A stretch of DNA of 64,000 nucleotides, taken from contig JABAZI010000039.1 in assembly GCA_018608545.1 (NCBI GenBank), positions 43,388-107,387 of the forward strand, written 5' to 3'. The position numbers were made by a program, and so were the translations under genes. This DNA comes from Polaribacter sp. GTDB lineage: Bacteria > Bacteroidota > Bacteroidia > Flavobacteriales > Flavobacteriaceae. The notes below the pieces were generated by a model, which was not told the origin of the DNA, made no database searches, and worked only from the letters and a program-made list of their open reading frames with translations. Positions 49,477-58,405 of the stretch are shown piece after piece. Every line of letters starts with the position of its first letter. Position 1 is the stretch's first letter.

Positions 49477-50790
49477 ATGCAATACTTTCCTAATTTAATT
49501 TTTGCATTAGCACTAATAACAGGTTTCGGCTTTTTCGGATTGAATATCCGTAAGTTGTATAGAAATATCAATTTTGGTAAAGATGTTGACAGAAAAGATA
49601 GAAAATCTGAAAGGTTAAAAAACATGATGATGATTGCTCTTGGGCAGTCAAAAATGGTTAAAAGACCTTTATCAGGGTTTTTACATATTATTGTTTATGT
49701 TGGTTTTGTCATTATAAATATTGAAGTTTTAGAAATTATTATTGATGGATTATTTGGAACTCATAGAGTCTTTCTAGGTGTCTTGAGTACTGAATTGTAT
49801 GGTTTTTTAATTGGTACATTTGAGGTTTTAGCTGCGTTAGTTTTTATCGCGGTTGTTCTTTTTTGGTTGCGTAGAAATGTGTCTAATATCAAACGTTTTT
49901 TAAGCAAAGAAATGAATGGTTGGCCAAAAAAGGACGGAAATAATATTCTGTATTTTGAAATGGTTTTAATGACTTTATTTCTAGTTATGAATGCTACAGA
50001 CGTCCCTTTTCAGCAAGCAGGAATAGGAAATCCTATTAGTCAGTTTTTTGTCCCTTTTTTTAATAGTTTTTCAGAAGCATCAATCCATCTAATAGAAAGA
50101 AGCGCTTGGTGGGTTCACATTTTAGGTATTTTAGTTTTCTTAAATTATTTATTCTACTCAAAGCACTTGCATATTTTATTAGCCTTTCCAAATACTTATT
50201 TTGCAAATCTAAATCCGAAAGGACAATTTAATAATTTAGAGTCGGTTACAGCCGAAGTTAAACTAATGATGGATCCTGACGCAGATCCTTATGCAGTTCC
50301 AACTGAAGAAGAGTATGCCTCTGTTCCAGATAAATTTGGTGCTTCGGATGTAGGAGATTTGAATTGGGTTCAATTACTAAATGCATATACCTGTACAGAA
50401 TGCGGAAGATGCACCTCATCTTGTCCTGCAAATTTAACAGGTAAAGAGCTGTCTCCCCGAAAAATCATGATGGATACGCGTGACCGACTAGAAGAAGTTG
50501 GTAAAAACATAGATGCTAATAATGGCACCTTTGTAGATGACGGGAAACAATTGCTAAACGATTATATTACTCCAGAAGAATTATGGGCCTGTACAAGTTG
50601 TAATGCTTGTGTTGAAGAGTGTCCTGTAAACATAGATCCGTTGTCGATCATCATGGACATGAGACGATACTTAGTGATGGAAGAAAGTGCTGCACCTCAA
50701 GAATTAAATATGATGATGACCAACATTGAAAATAATGGTGCTCCTTGGCAGTATAACCAACAAGATCGATTGAATTGGGTTAATGAATAA
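49477..50790 (+). CDS. membrane-anchored (Fe-S)-binding protein: polytopic N-terminal domain fused to a 2x[4Fe-4S] ferredoxin domain (DsrM/K- or HdrE/D-like)
   Basis: 437 aa. About 5-6 TM helices in the first 240 aa, then two CxxCxxCxxxCP motifs (CTECGRCTSSCP, CTSCNACVEECP). Confidence 0.8.
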   Translation: MQYFPNLIFALALITGFGFFGLNIRKLYRNINFGKDVDRKDRKSERLKNMMMIALGQSKMVKRPLSGFLHIIVYVGFVIINIEVLEIIIDGLFGTHRVFLGVLSTELYGFLIGTFEVLAALVFIAVVLFWLRRNVSNIKRFLSKEMNGWPKKDGNNILYFEMVLMTLFLVMNATDVPFQQAGIGNPISQFFVPFFNSFSEASIHLIERSAWWVHILGILVFLNYLFYSKHLHILLAFPNTYFANLNPKGQFNNLESVTAEVKLMMDPDADPYAVPTEEEYASVPDKFGASDVGDLNWVQLLNAYTCTECGRCTSSCPANLTGKELSPRKIMMDTRDRLEEVGKNIDANNGTFVDDGKQLLNDYITPEELWACTSCNACVEECPVNIDPLSIIMDMRRYLVMEESAAPQELNMMMTNIENNGAPWQYNQQDRLNWVNE

Positions 50791-50841
50791 TGTTTGATTT
50801 TTAAATTATTCTTTTTATTATAAACGGTAAATAACAAAAAT

Positions 50842-51621
50842 ATGAACGTACCAACAATGGCAGATATGATGGCGAAAGGAAAGCAACCAGAAGTGTTGTT
50901 TTGGGTTGGAGCAGCTGGAAGTTATGATGATCGAGCTAAAAAAATATCGCGCGCATTTGTAAAGATATTACACCAAGCAGGTGTTGATTTTGCTGTTTTA
51001 GGAACGGAAGAATCATCAACAGGAGATGCTGCAAAACGAGCAGGAAATGAATTTCTATTTCAAATGCAAGCCATGATGAATGTAGAAATACTGAATGGTT
51101 ATGAAGTGAAGAAAATTGTTACCTGTGATCCACACTCATTCAATACCTTTAAAAATGAATATCCTTCTTTAGGCGGAAAATATGAGGTTTTTCATCATAC
51201 GCAATTCATTCAGAATTTAATTTCGGAGGGACGTTTAAAACTTGATAAAACAACATTTAAAGGGAAAAGAGTTACATTTCATGACCCGTGCTATTTAGGT
51301 AGAGCGAATGATGTTTATGAATCTCCAAGAGATTTGATTAAAAGATTAGGAGTCAATTTAACAGAAATGAAACGCAATAAAGCGACTGCTTTATGCTGTG
51401 GAGCAGGAGGAGCACAAATGTTTAAAGATGCAGAAAAAGGAGACAAGGAAATTAATATTTTAAGAACAGAAGATGCTTTAGAAACCAAGCCAAATATTAT
51501 AGCTACTGGTTGTCCTTATTGTAAAACCATGATGACAGATGGAATTAAGTTTAAACAAAAAGAAACTCAAGTAATAGTGAAAGATATTGCAGAATTAATA
51601 GCTGAGGCGAATCATTTATAA
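50842..51621 (+). CDS. (Fe-S) oxidoreductase with cysteine-rich CCG domains (HdrB/HdrD/GlpC/LutA-like)
   Basis: 259 aa. Two CCG-type domains (VTCDPH...DPCYLGR and LCCGAGG...GCPYC). Confidence 0.8.
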   Translation: MNVPTMADMMAKGKQPEVLFWVGAAGSYDDRAKKISRAFVKILHQAGVDFAVLGTEESSTGDAAKRAGNEFLFQMQAMMNVEILNGYEVKKIVTCDPHSFNTFKNEYPSLGGKYEVFHHTQFIQNLISEGRLKLDKTTFKGKRVTFHDPCYLGRANDVYESPRDLIKRLGVNLTEMKRNKATALCCGAGGAQMFKDAEKGDKEINILRTEDALETKPNIIATGCPYCKTMMTDGIKFKQKETQVIVKDIAELIAEANHL

Positions 51622-51623
51622 AA

Positions 51624-52550
51624 ATGATTCAAAATTACATAAAAGCCGCTCGTTTAAGAACCTTACCACTATCGGTCTCTGGAATTATTCTTGGGAGTAT
51701 TCTCGGAAATCAGTTTTTTTATGAGAATTCACATATTCACCAAAGGACCTCTTTGTTTTTATCAGATATTTTTTGGTTGGCAATTCTAACAACTGTAGGT
51801 TTTCAAATAGTATCAAATTTTGCAAATGATTACGGTGATGGTGTAAAAGGTTCTGATAATAATAGGAAAGGAGAAACACGTATGGTAGCCTCTGGTGCTA
51901 TCACGCCCAAACAGATGAAATCGGCAATCATAATTACCACTATTGTTACTTTAGTAAACGCATTATTACTAATCTATGTTTCATTTGGTACAGAAAATTT
52001 TGCTTTTTCCACCCTCTTTTTAGCTTTGGGAGTTGCTTCAATTGTTGCTGCTATCAAATACACCGTTGGAACTTCTGCATATGGTTACAGTGGTTTTGGT
52101 GATCTCTTTGTATTTGTTTTTTTTGGTTTATTAAGTGTTGTGGGAAGTTATTTTCTATTTACCAAAGAGATAGAGATGAAAATTTTTTTACCAGCCATTT
52201 CTATCGGATTGTTAAGTACGGCTGTTTTAAATTTGAATAATTTAAGAGATAGAGAACAGGACGAAAAGAATCAAAAAAATACTTTAGTCGTTAAGATTGG
52301 AGAATTAAAAGCAAAAAAATACCATTATTTTTTAATCTGCGGAGCCTTACTTTTTAGTCTACTATACATATGTTTAGACTATAGGTCTGTTTATCAATTA
52401 ACTTTTTTAGTGGCATTTATTCCTTTAATTAAAAATATTAAAACAGTTTCAGGAAATAAAACACCTTCGAGTTTAGATGGTGAATTAAAGAAAGTAGCTT
52501 TAAGTACCTTTTTATTTGCAATTCTCTTTGGTATAGGGCAATTGTTTTAG
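51624..52550 (+). CDS. menA: 1,4-dihydroxy-2-naphthoate polyprenyltransferase
   Basis: 308 aa UbiA-family protein. N-terminus AARLRTLPLS, NFANDYGDGVKG (NxxxDxxxD) and a second Asp-rich motif, NNLRDREQD. Starts 2 nt after the preceding gene. Confidence 0.88.
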   Translation: MIQNYIKAARLRTLPLSVSGIILGSILGNQFFYENSHIHQRTSLFLSDIFWLAILTTVGFQIVSNFANDYGDGVKGSDNNRKGETRMVASGAITPKQMKSAIIITTIVTLVNALLLIYVSFGTENFAFSTLFLALGVASIVAAIKYTVGTSAYGYSGFGDLFVFVFFGLLSVVGSYFLFTKEIEMKIFLPAISIGLLSTAVLNLNNLRDREQDEKNQKNTLVVKIGELKAKKYHYFLICGALLFSLLYICLDYRSVYQLTFLVAFIPLIKNIKTVSGNKTPSSLDGELKKVALSTFLFAILFGIGQLF

Positions 52551-52559
52551 CATTTATTT

Positions 52560-53072
52560 ATGAAAAAAATAAAAATAATTTTAGGAGTCATATCATTTTT
52601 TGTAGGGGTTTTCTTTCTCACGGGCTTGTTTGTAAAAAAAACAAGTTACAAGACTCAAGTCTCTATAAATAAACCTATTGAGAATGTTTTCGAAACCTTT
52701 ACTGATATATCAAATAGGAAGTATTGGATTCCAGAATTACATTCCTACGAGGTTGTCAATCAGAATCCAGGAAAGACAGGAAGTGTGTACAAGCTTGTTG
52801 TTCAAAACCAAGGACAAGAAATAATTAGTACAGAAAAAGTAATGGCGTATATTAAAAATCAAAAATTCACTTTATATTATACTGCTCAAAATATGCTAAA
52901 GAGAGACGATTACGTTTTCAATCATAAAGAAGGGATGACTCAGATCATTTTAAATTCTAGTTGTCAAAGTGACTCTTACATCATGGCTTGTATATTTCCA
53001 TATTTTAAAGGAACTTTTCAAAAGCAAGACCAAATATATTTGAATAACTTTAAAGCCTTTTTAGAAAAATAA
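52560..53072 (+). CDS. hypothetical membrane-anchored protein, possibly SRPBCC/START-like
   Basis: 170 aa. One N-terminal TM helix followed by about 140 aa with a pattern compatible with an SRPBCC fold. The assignment is tentative. Confidence 0.45.
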   Translation: MKKIKIILGVISFFVGVFFLTGLFVKKTSYKTQVSINKPIENVFETFTDISNRKYWIPELHSYEVVNQNPGKTGSVYKLVVQNQGQEIISTEKVMAYIKNQKFTLYYTAQNMLKRDDYVFNHKEGMTQIILNSSCQSDSYIMACIFPYFKGTFQKQDQIYLNNFKAFLEK

Positions 53073-53083
53073 AACATTTTCCT

Positions 53084-54124
53084 TTGATAAAAGCTACCTA
53101 TAAAAAATACAACCTCAATTTTAAAACTCCAAGTGGAACTTCTCGTGGAATACTAAAAATCAAAGAGACTTGGTTTTTTATTTTAAAAGATAATGGTCGG
53201 GTTGGTATAGGAGAAACAGGGTTGTTTAGAGGGTTGAGTATTGATGATGTGGACCATTACGAAAACAAACTGAAGTGGGTTTGCAATCATATCGATCTTG
53301 GTTTAGAACTTTTACGAAAACAGCTTTATGAATTTCCTTCGATACAATTTGGATTAGAACAGGCTTTTCTGTCACTAAAAAGCGAATCTTCGTTTGAGTT
53401 ATTTCCTTCCTCATTTACCAGAGGAAAAAAATCAATTCCAATAAATGGTCTGATTTGGATGGGAAATAAAAGCTTTATGAAAAATCAAATTCAAGAAAAA
53501 CTAAAATCAGGTTTTTCCTGTCTCAAAATGAAAATTGGAGCTCTCAATTTTGATGCAGAAATGGAGTTGTTAAAAGAGATTAGGAAAGAGTTTTCGTCCA
53601 ATGAAATAGAGTTAAGAGTTGATGCAAATGGCGCTTTTAATCCCAAGAATGCGCTAGAAAAACTTCATAGATTGTCAGCATTGGAAATTCATTCAATTGA
53701 ACAACCGATCCAACAAGGTCAAGTTCAAGAAATGGCAGAACTCTGTTCTAAAACACCCTTACCAATAGCACTGGACGAAGAGCTAATAGGAGTATTTTCA
53801 TCTGAACAAAAAAAGAAATTAATTGCTACGATAGCACCTCAATATATCATTTTAAAACCCAGTTTAATTGGGGGTTTTGCTGTTAGTGAAGAATGGATTA
53901 ATTTAGCACAACAAAACAATTGTGGCTGGTGGATAACTTCTGCTTTAGAAAGTAATGTTGGTTTAAATGCGATAGCTCAATTTACTTATACTTTACAAAG
54001 TAATTTGCCACAAGGTTTGGGAACAGGAGGACTGTTTACTAATAATTTCACAAGTCCATTAGAGGTTAAAAACGGAACCTTACAATACGATCCGCTACTA
54101 AACTGGAATTTAAATTTATTATAA
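53084..54124 (+). CDS. menC: o-succinylbenzoate synthase (enolase superfamily)
   Basis: 346 aa. KMKIG, LRVDANGAF, IEQP and LDEE metal-ligand blocks. TTG start. Sits in the men operon context. Confidence 0.75.
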   Translation: MIKATYKKYNLNFKTPSGTSRGILKIKETWFFILKDNGRVGIGETGLFRGLSIDDVDHYENKLKWVCNHIDLGLELLRKQLYEFPSIQFGLEQAFLSLKSESSFELFPSSFTRGKKSIPINGLIWMGNKSFMKNQIQEKLKSGFSCLKMKIGALNFDAEMELLKEIRKEFSSNEIELRVDANGAFNPKNALEKLHRLSALEIHSIEQPIQQGQVQEMAELCSKTPLPIALDEELIGVFSSEQKKKLIATIAPQYIILKPSLIGGFAVSEEWINLAQQNNCGWWITSALESNVGLNAIAQFTYTLQSNLPQGLGTGGLFTNNFTSPLEVKNGTLQYDPLLNWNLNLL

Positions 54125-55065
54125 TGAACTACATACAACAAGCATACAAAGGGAATAATCAATGGTATCATTGGATTTTTACTTTGATTTTAGTATTTTT
54201 TGGTTGGCAAATAATAGGTGTTTTTCCCTTAACTGGCGTTGCTATTTCTTATTCCTCAGATATGAATGAGTTTGCAAACGCTGCTCAAAATAATTTCATG
54301 ACCTTAGAAATTGATAAAAATTTATTTTTATTTTTAATCATTATTAGTTTTATTTCTGGGTTGTTGACACTTATTCTTGGAGTAAAATATATACATAGAA
54401 GAACCTTTAAATCGTTAGTTACGAGTAGAAATTTAATAGATTGGAAACGTTTTTGGTTTGCTTTTTTTACCTGGGGTATCATTGCTATTATATTAACTAT
54501 TGTTGGAATTTTTATGTCCCCAGAAAATTACATATGGAACTTTAAACCCATTCCTTTTTTTACATTACTTGCAGTATCTTTTTTATTTCTTCCCTTTCAA
54601 ACAACATTTGAAGAATTATTATTTAGAGGGTATTTGATGCAGGGTATTGGAACGGTGGTAAAAAACAGATGGTTTCCACTTATTTTTACTTCTGTTTGTT
54701 TTGGGTTGCTTCATGGAGCAAATCCTGAAGTAGAGAAGTTAGGAGCTATCTCTATGGTTTTTTATATTGGTACAGGCTTTTTCTACGGAATTATAACTTT
54801 AATGGATGAAGGAACCGAGTTAGCTCTTGGCTTACATGCTATCAATAACATAATAGCTGCATTTTTTGTGACTACAAATTGGACTGTTTTTCAAACAGAT
54901 GCATTATATGTCGATATCTCTGAACCTTCAGTTGGTTTTGAAATGTTTTTTCCAGTATTGATTCTTTATCCGTTTTTATTGTATGTTTTTTCTTCAAAGT
55001 ATGGGTGGAACAATTGGTTAGAAAAGCTAACAGGAAAGATAGAAGCACCACTTGACGTTGAATAA
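54124..55065 (+). CDS. CPBP-family intramembrane glutamic endopeptidase (CAAX protease-like)
   Basis: 313 aa polytopic protein with EELLFRG, a FGLLHGAN region and a HAINN motif. Its ATG overlaps the menC stop (TAATG). Confidence 0.8.
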   Translation: MNYIQQAYKGNNQWYHWIFTLILVFFGWQIIGVFPLTGVAISYSSDMNEFANAAQNNFMTLEIDKNLFLFLIIISFISGLLTLILGVKYIHRRTFKSLVTSRNLIDWKRFWFAFFTWGIIAIILTIVGIFMSPENYIWNFKPIPFFTLLAVSFLFLPFQTTFEELLFRGYLMQGIGTVVKNRWFPLIFTSVCFGLLHGANPEVEKLGAISMVFYIGTGFFYGIITLMDEGTELALGLHAINNIIAAFFVTTNWTVFQTDALYVDISEPSVGFEMFFPVLILYPFLLYVFSSKYGWNNWLEKLTGKIEAPLDVE

Positions 55066-55086
55066 GAGTTATAGAATTTTAAAAGT

Positions 55087-56142
55087 TTGAAACTAGACAG
55101 GCATCATAAGAAATTTCAATTAAATGGAAATTCTTTTTCTTCGGATCAAGAACTGCTTTCCTATGCCCATGATTTTTCAAAGGAACTGTATGATTTTTTT
55201 GAAGCCTGGTTCTCTAAGGATTCTTTTATTTTGGTAAACACATCAGGATCTACGGGCGTTCCTAAAGAAATAATGTTGCAAAAAGAGCAAATGATACATT
55301 CTGCTTTTGCCACAGGTACATACTTTGACTTAGAAGAAAATACCACTGCATTATTATGTTTGTCTGCCAATTTTATTGCAGGTAAGATGATGCTCGTTAG
55401 AGCTTTGCATTTAGGTTGGAAATTAGATGTTGTATTGCCAGATGCATCCCCGTTAAAAAATATTCAAAAAGAGTATGACTTTTCAGCAATGGTTCCCTTG
55501 CAGTTAGAAAACTCAATTCATTCTTTACATTTAATAAAAACGTTAATTGTAGGCGGAGGTGTTGTTTCTATAAATTTACAGCAAAAAATACAGCACACTA
55601 GCTGCACTGTCTTTGCTACCTATGGAATGACAGAAACAATAACTCATGTTGCCGTTAAAAAATTAAATAAATTTAAAAGCATTTCTTCTGGAGAAATAGA
55701 GACTTCCTATTATGAAGTGCTACCTGATATTGAAATTTACAAAGATCAAAGGGATTGTTTGGTCATACGAGCGCCAAAAATTTCAAATAACAGTGTTTTT
55801 ACCAATGATATTGTTCGTTTGATATCTGATAATCAGTTTGAATGGTTGGGGCGCTTTGATACGGTAATAAACTCTGGAGGGGTAAAATTACATCCAGAAA
55901 GAATTGAGGAAAAATTATCAAAAGGAATCACTACCCGTTTTTTTCTTGCTGGAATTCCCGACTCAATATTAGGAGAGCAACTTATTTTAGTAGTTGAAGG
56001 AGCATTTCAAGCTATAGATACAACTCAGTTAAACTTGTCTAAATTTGAAATTCCAAAACAAATTTATTTTGTAGATGAGTTTGCACAAACCCCCACAAAG
56101 AAAATAGCTCGTAAAAAAACGCTAGCGTTACTTTCCTTTTGA
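55087..56142 (+). CDS. menE: o-succinylbenzoate--CoA ligase-like AMP-binding enzyme (short form)
   Basis: 351 aa. AMP-binding motif TSGSTGVPK, plus YGMTE and GRFDTVINSGGVK. TTG start. Sits in the men operon context. Confidence 0.7.
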   Translation: MKLDRHHKKFQLNGNSFSSDQELLSYAHDFSKELYDFFEAWFSKDSFILVNTSGSTGVPKEIMLQKEQMIHSAFATGTYFDLEENTTALLCLSANFIAGKMMLVRALHLGWKLDVVLPDASPLKNIQKEYDFSAMVPLQLENSIHSLHLIKTLIVGGGVVSINLQQKIQHTSCTVFATYGMTETITHVAVKKLNKFKSISSGEIETSYYEVLPDIEIYKDQRDCLVIRAPKISNNSVFTNDIVRLISDNQFEWLGRFDTVINSGGVKLHPERIEEKLSKGITTRFFLAGIPDSILGEQLILVVEGAFQAIDTTQLNLSKFEIPKQIYFVDEFAQTPTKKIARKKTLALLSF

Positions 56143-56180
56143 TTTTTTAAAGATATTTATTTCTGTATTGTCCGTACATA

Positions 56181-57077
56181 TTATAATTTATTATAAAATA
56201 AACTTTTAATAATACCGTCTGAAAGTCCAATTTTTGGAACATAAATTTTTCTAGCACCACTCCATTTCATAGCAGATAAATAAATTTTGGTTGCAGGAAT
56301 AATAACATCTGCTCTGTCTGGATTTAGACTGAGTTCCGAAACCCGTTCATTAAAAGACATTTGTTTTAAAAACTGATATTGAGCATTCAGATAAATATAG
56401 GAAATTGGTTTTCCTTCTGTTCTACCCGACATTTTAAATAATTTATTAATATTACCACCAGAACCAATTAAACACACTTTTTTTAAATCTTTTGTGTTTT
56501 TTTTGATCCATTTTTCTACGTTAGAAAACATCTCCTTATTGGTAGATTTTTTATTATTAAGGAGTCGAACAGTACCCATTTTAAAAGATTTCGAAGTAAT
56601 TATATTCCCTTTTGAAAATATGGTAATTTCTGTACTACCTCCTCCAACATCTACATATAAATAAGAATTATTTCCTTCTATCAATTGATTTAAGTTTGTA
56701 GAGGAGATAATTTTAGCCTCTTCTTTTCCTCCAATAATATCAATCTGAACAGCTGTTTTACGATATATTTTTTCAACAACTTCCTTTCCATTTGTAGCTT
56801 CTCTCATCGCAGAAGTAGCACATGCTTTGTATTTTTCTACTCCATGAACTTTCATTAATAATTTAAAAGCTTCTATGGCATTAATCATTCTATTCGTGTT
56901 TTGTTCGCTAATGATTCCACTTACAAATGCATCAGCTCCCAATCGGATAGGAACACGTACTAAAGAAGATTTTTTAAATTGAGGTTCCTTGTCTTCAGAG
57001 ACAATAACATTAGAGATCAGAAGCCTAATCGCATTTGATCCAATATCGATTGCACCGTATTTTTTAATTTCTAACAA
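56181..57077 (-). CDS. ppx: Ppx/GppA-family exopolyphosphatase
   Basis: 298 aa with AIDIGSNAIRLL and DVGGGSTE (ASKHA fold) motifs. TTG start; a stop lies 6 nt upstream in frame. Confidence 0.85.
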   Translation of the reverse strand: MLEIKKYGAIDIGSNAIRLLISNVIVSEDKEPQFKKSSLVRVPIRLGADAFVSGIISEQNTNRMINAIEAFKLLMKVHGVEKYKACATSAMREATNGKEVVEKIYRKTAVQIDIIGGKEEAKIISSTNLNQLIEGNNSYLYVDVGGGSTEITIFSKGNIITSKSFKMGTVRLLNNKKSTNKEMFSNVEKWIKKNTKDLKKVCLIGSGGNINKLFKMSGRTEGKPISYIYLNAQYQFLKQMSFNERVSELSLNPDRADVIIPATKIYLSAMKWSGARKIYVPKIGLSDGIIKSLFYNKL

Positions 57078-57083
57078 TTGATT

Positions 57084-57572
57084 CTATTTATGATTTTTAG
57101 GAAATTCTATCAAAAAAGTTTTTCCCTTCTTAATGTTTTTCCAATGTTTTTCTTGAAATTGAATACCAATAACTCCACAAGTTGTAACATGTGAAATAGG
57201 AGTATTTCCAAATTTATTTACAAATGAATTGATGCCGTGATCATGACTGAAAATAATAGCAGAATTAAAACCATCATCTAACGCATTTACAGTTTTAACT
57301 AGGTAACCATCACTAAAACTGTATAATTGTTTTTTTATTTTAAGATTAGATAATGGGTATTGTAAATTTTCGCAAAAAATAATGGCAGTATGAAGGGCTC
57401 TATTGGCACTACTTGAGACAAAAACATCTGGTCGGTCTATTTTTTTTGATAAAAAAGATGAAATCAAATGAGCATCTTCTATTCCACGTTTTTTAAGGGG
57501 TCTGTCAATATCTTTTATTCCTTGATATTCCCAAGAGGATTTGGCGTGCCTAACAATATATAAAGTTTTCAT
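57084..57572 (-). CDS. sixA: SixA-like histidine phosphatase
   Basis: About 162 aa. LYIVRHAKS (RHG-type motif) and a second His in SHDHG. Confidence 0.82.
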   Translation of the reverse strand: MKTLYIVRHAKSSWEYQGIKDIDRPLKKRGIEDAHLISSFLSKKIDRPDVFVSSSANRALHTAIIFCENLQYPLSNLKIKKQLYSFSDGYLVKTVNALDDGFNSAIIFSHDHGINSFVNKFGNTPISHVTTCGVIGIQFQEKHWKNIKKGKTFLIEFPKNHK

Positions 57573-57608
57573 CAAAAATTTTAATTGTTCAATTGTAAAT
57601 ATAAAAAT

Positions 57609-58256
57609 TTATGGAGCTAATCTTTCTATTTTCCAAGAAAAATCTTTCTCTAAACGATATCTGATTCTATCGTGCATTCTATTCGGTCTTCCTTGCCAAA
57701 ATTCAATGGAAATCGGTTTTACATTATACCCGCCCCAATGTTTTGGTCTGAGAATTGGAGTGGCTTTAAATTTGTTTTTAAAGGTCTTTAAATTATTGTC
57801 TAGTACTTCTCTCGAAGAGACTACTGAGCTTTGATTGGAAGCCCAAGCGCCTAATTTACTTCCATCAGGTCTTGACTTAAAATAGCCGTCAGACTCCTCT
57901 TCTGATAGAAATTCTGCTTTTCCTTTAATAATAATTTGTTGTTCTAAAGCTGGCCAAAAAAAAGACAAACAAATATGATTATTAAGGGCTATTGCTTTCC
58001 CTTTTTCCGAATCATAATTTGTATAAAAAATAAAACCTTCCTCAGTGTATTTTTTTAATAAAACAACTCTGCTTTTAGGAAACCCGTCTTTTCCAATGGT
58101 AGAAATTGTCATGGCATTTGTCTCTTCTATCCGATTAGATTCATCAGCATTTAAAAACCAATTTTTAAATAATTCTAATGGTTTTTTTGGGCAATTACTT
58201 TCTAAAAGTTCTTGCTTTTCATATGATTTTCGGTAATTACTTAAGTCTTTTGACAT
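57609..58256 (-). CDS. pdxH: pyridoxamine 5'-phosphate oxidase
   Basis: 215 aa with RVVLLK, IEFWQGRPNRMHDR and WKIERLAP motifs. Confidence 0.93.
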   Translation of the reverse strand: MSKDLSNYRKSYEKQELLESNCPKKPLELFKNWFLNADESNRIEETNAMTISTIGKDGFPKSRVVLLKKYTEEGFIFYTNYDSEKGKAIALNNHICLSFFWPALEQQIIIKGKAEFLSEEESDGYFKSRPDGSKLGAWASNQSSVVSSREVLDNNLKTFKNKFKATPILRPKHWGGYNVKPISIEFWQGRPNRMHDRIRYRLEKDFSWKIERLAP

Positions 58257-58405
58257 TTCGTTGGTTGAATATATATATCTAATTCCTAGAAAGTTTCTAA
58301 TTTATTTAGGAGTAGCCATGTTCGTTCAGTGATCATTAGTTTTTAGTACGATACCAAAACTCCTAACTTTGTAATTATTTTATGCACTTCGACTCAAAAG
58401 AAGGT

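Noticed and set aside
58306-58366. 8-bp inverted repeat TTAGGAGT ... ACTCCTAA with a 45-nt spacer, between the symporter stop and the pdxH start
   Set aside because: The arms are short, the loop is long and no T-tract follows. The evidence is too weak to call a terminator or regulatory RNA.
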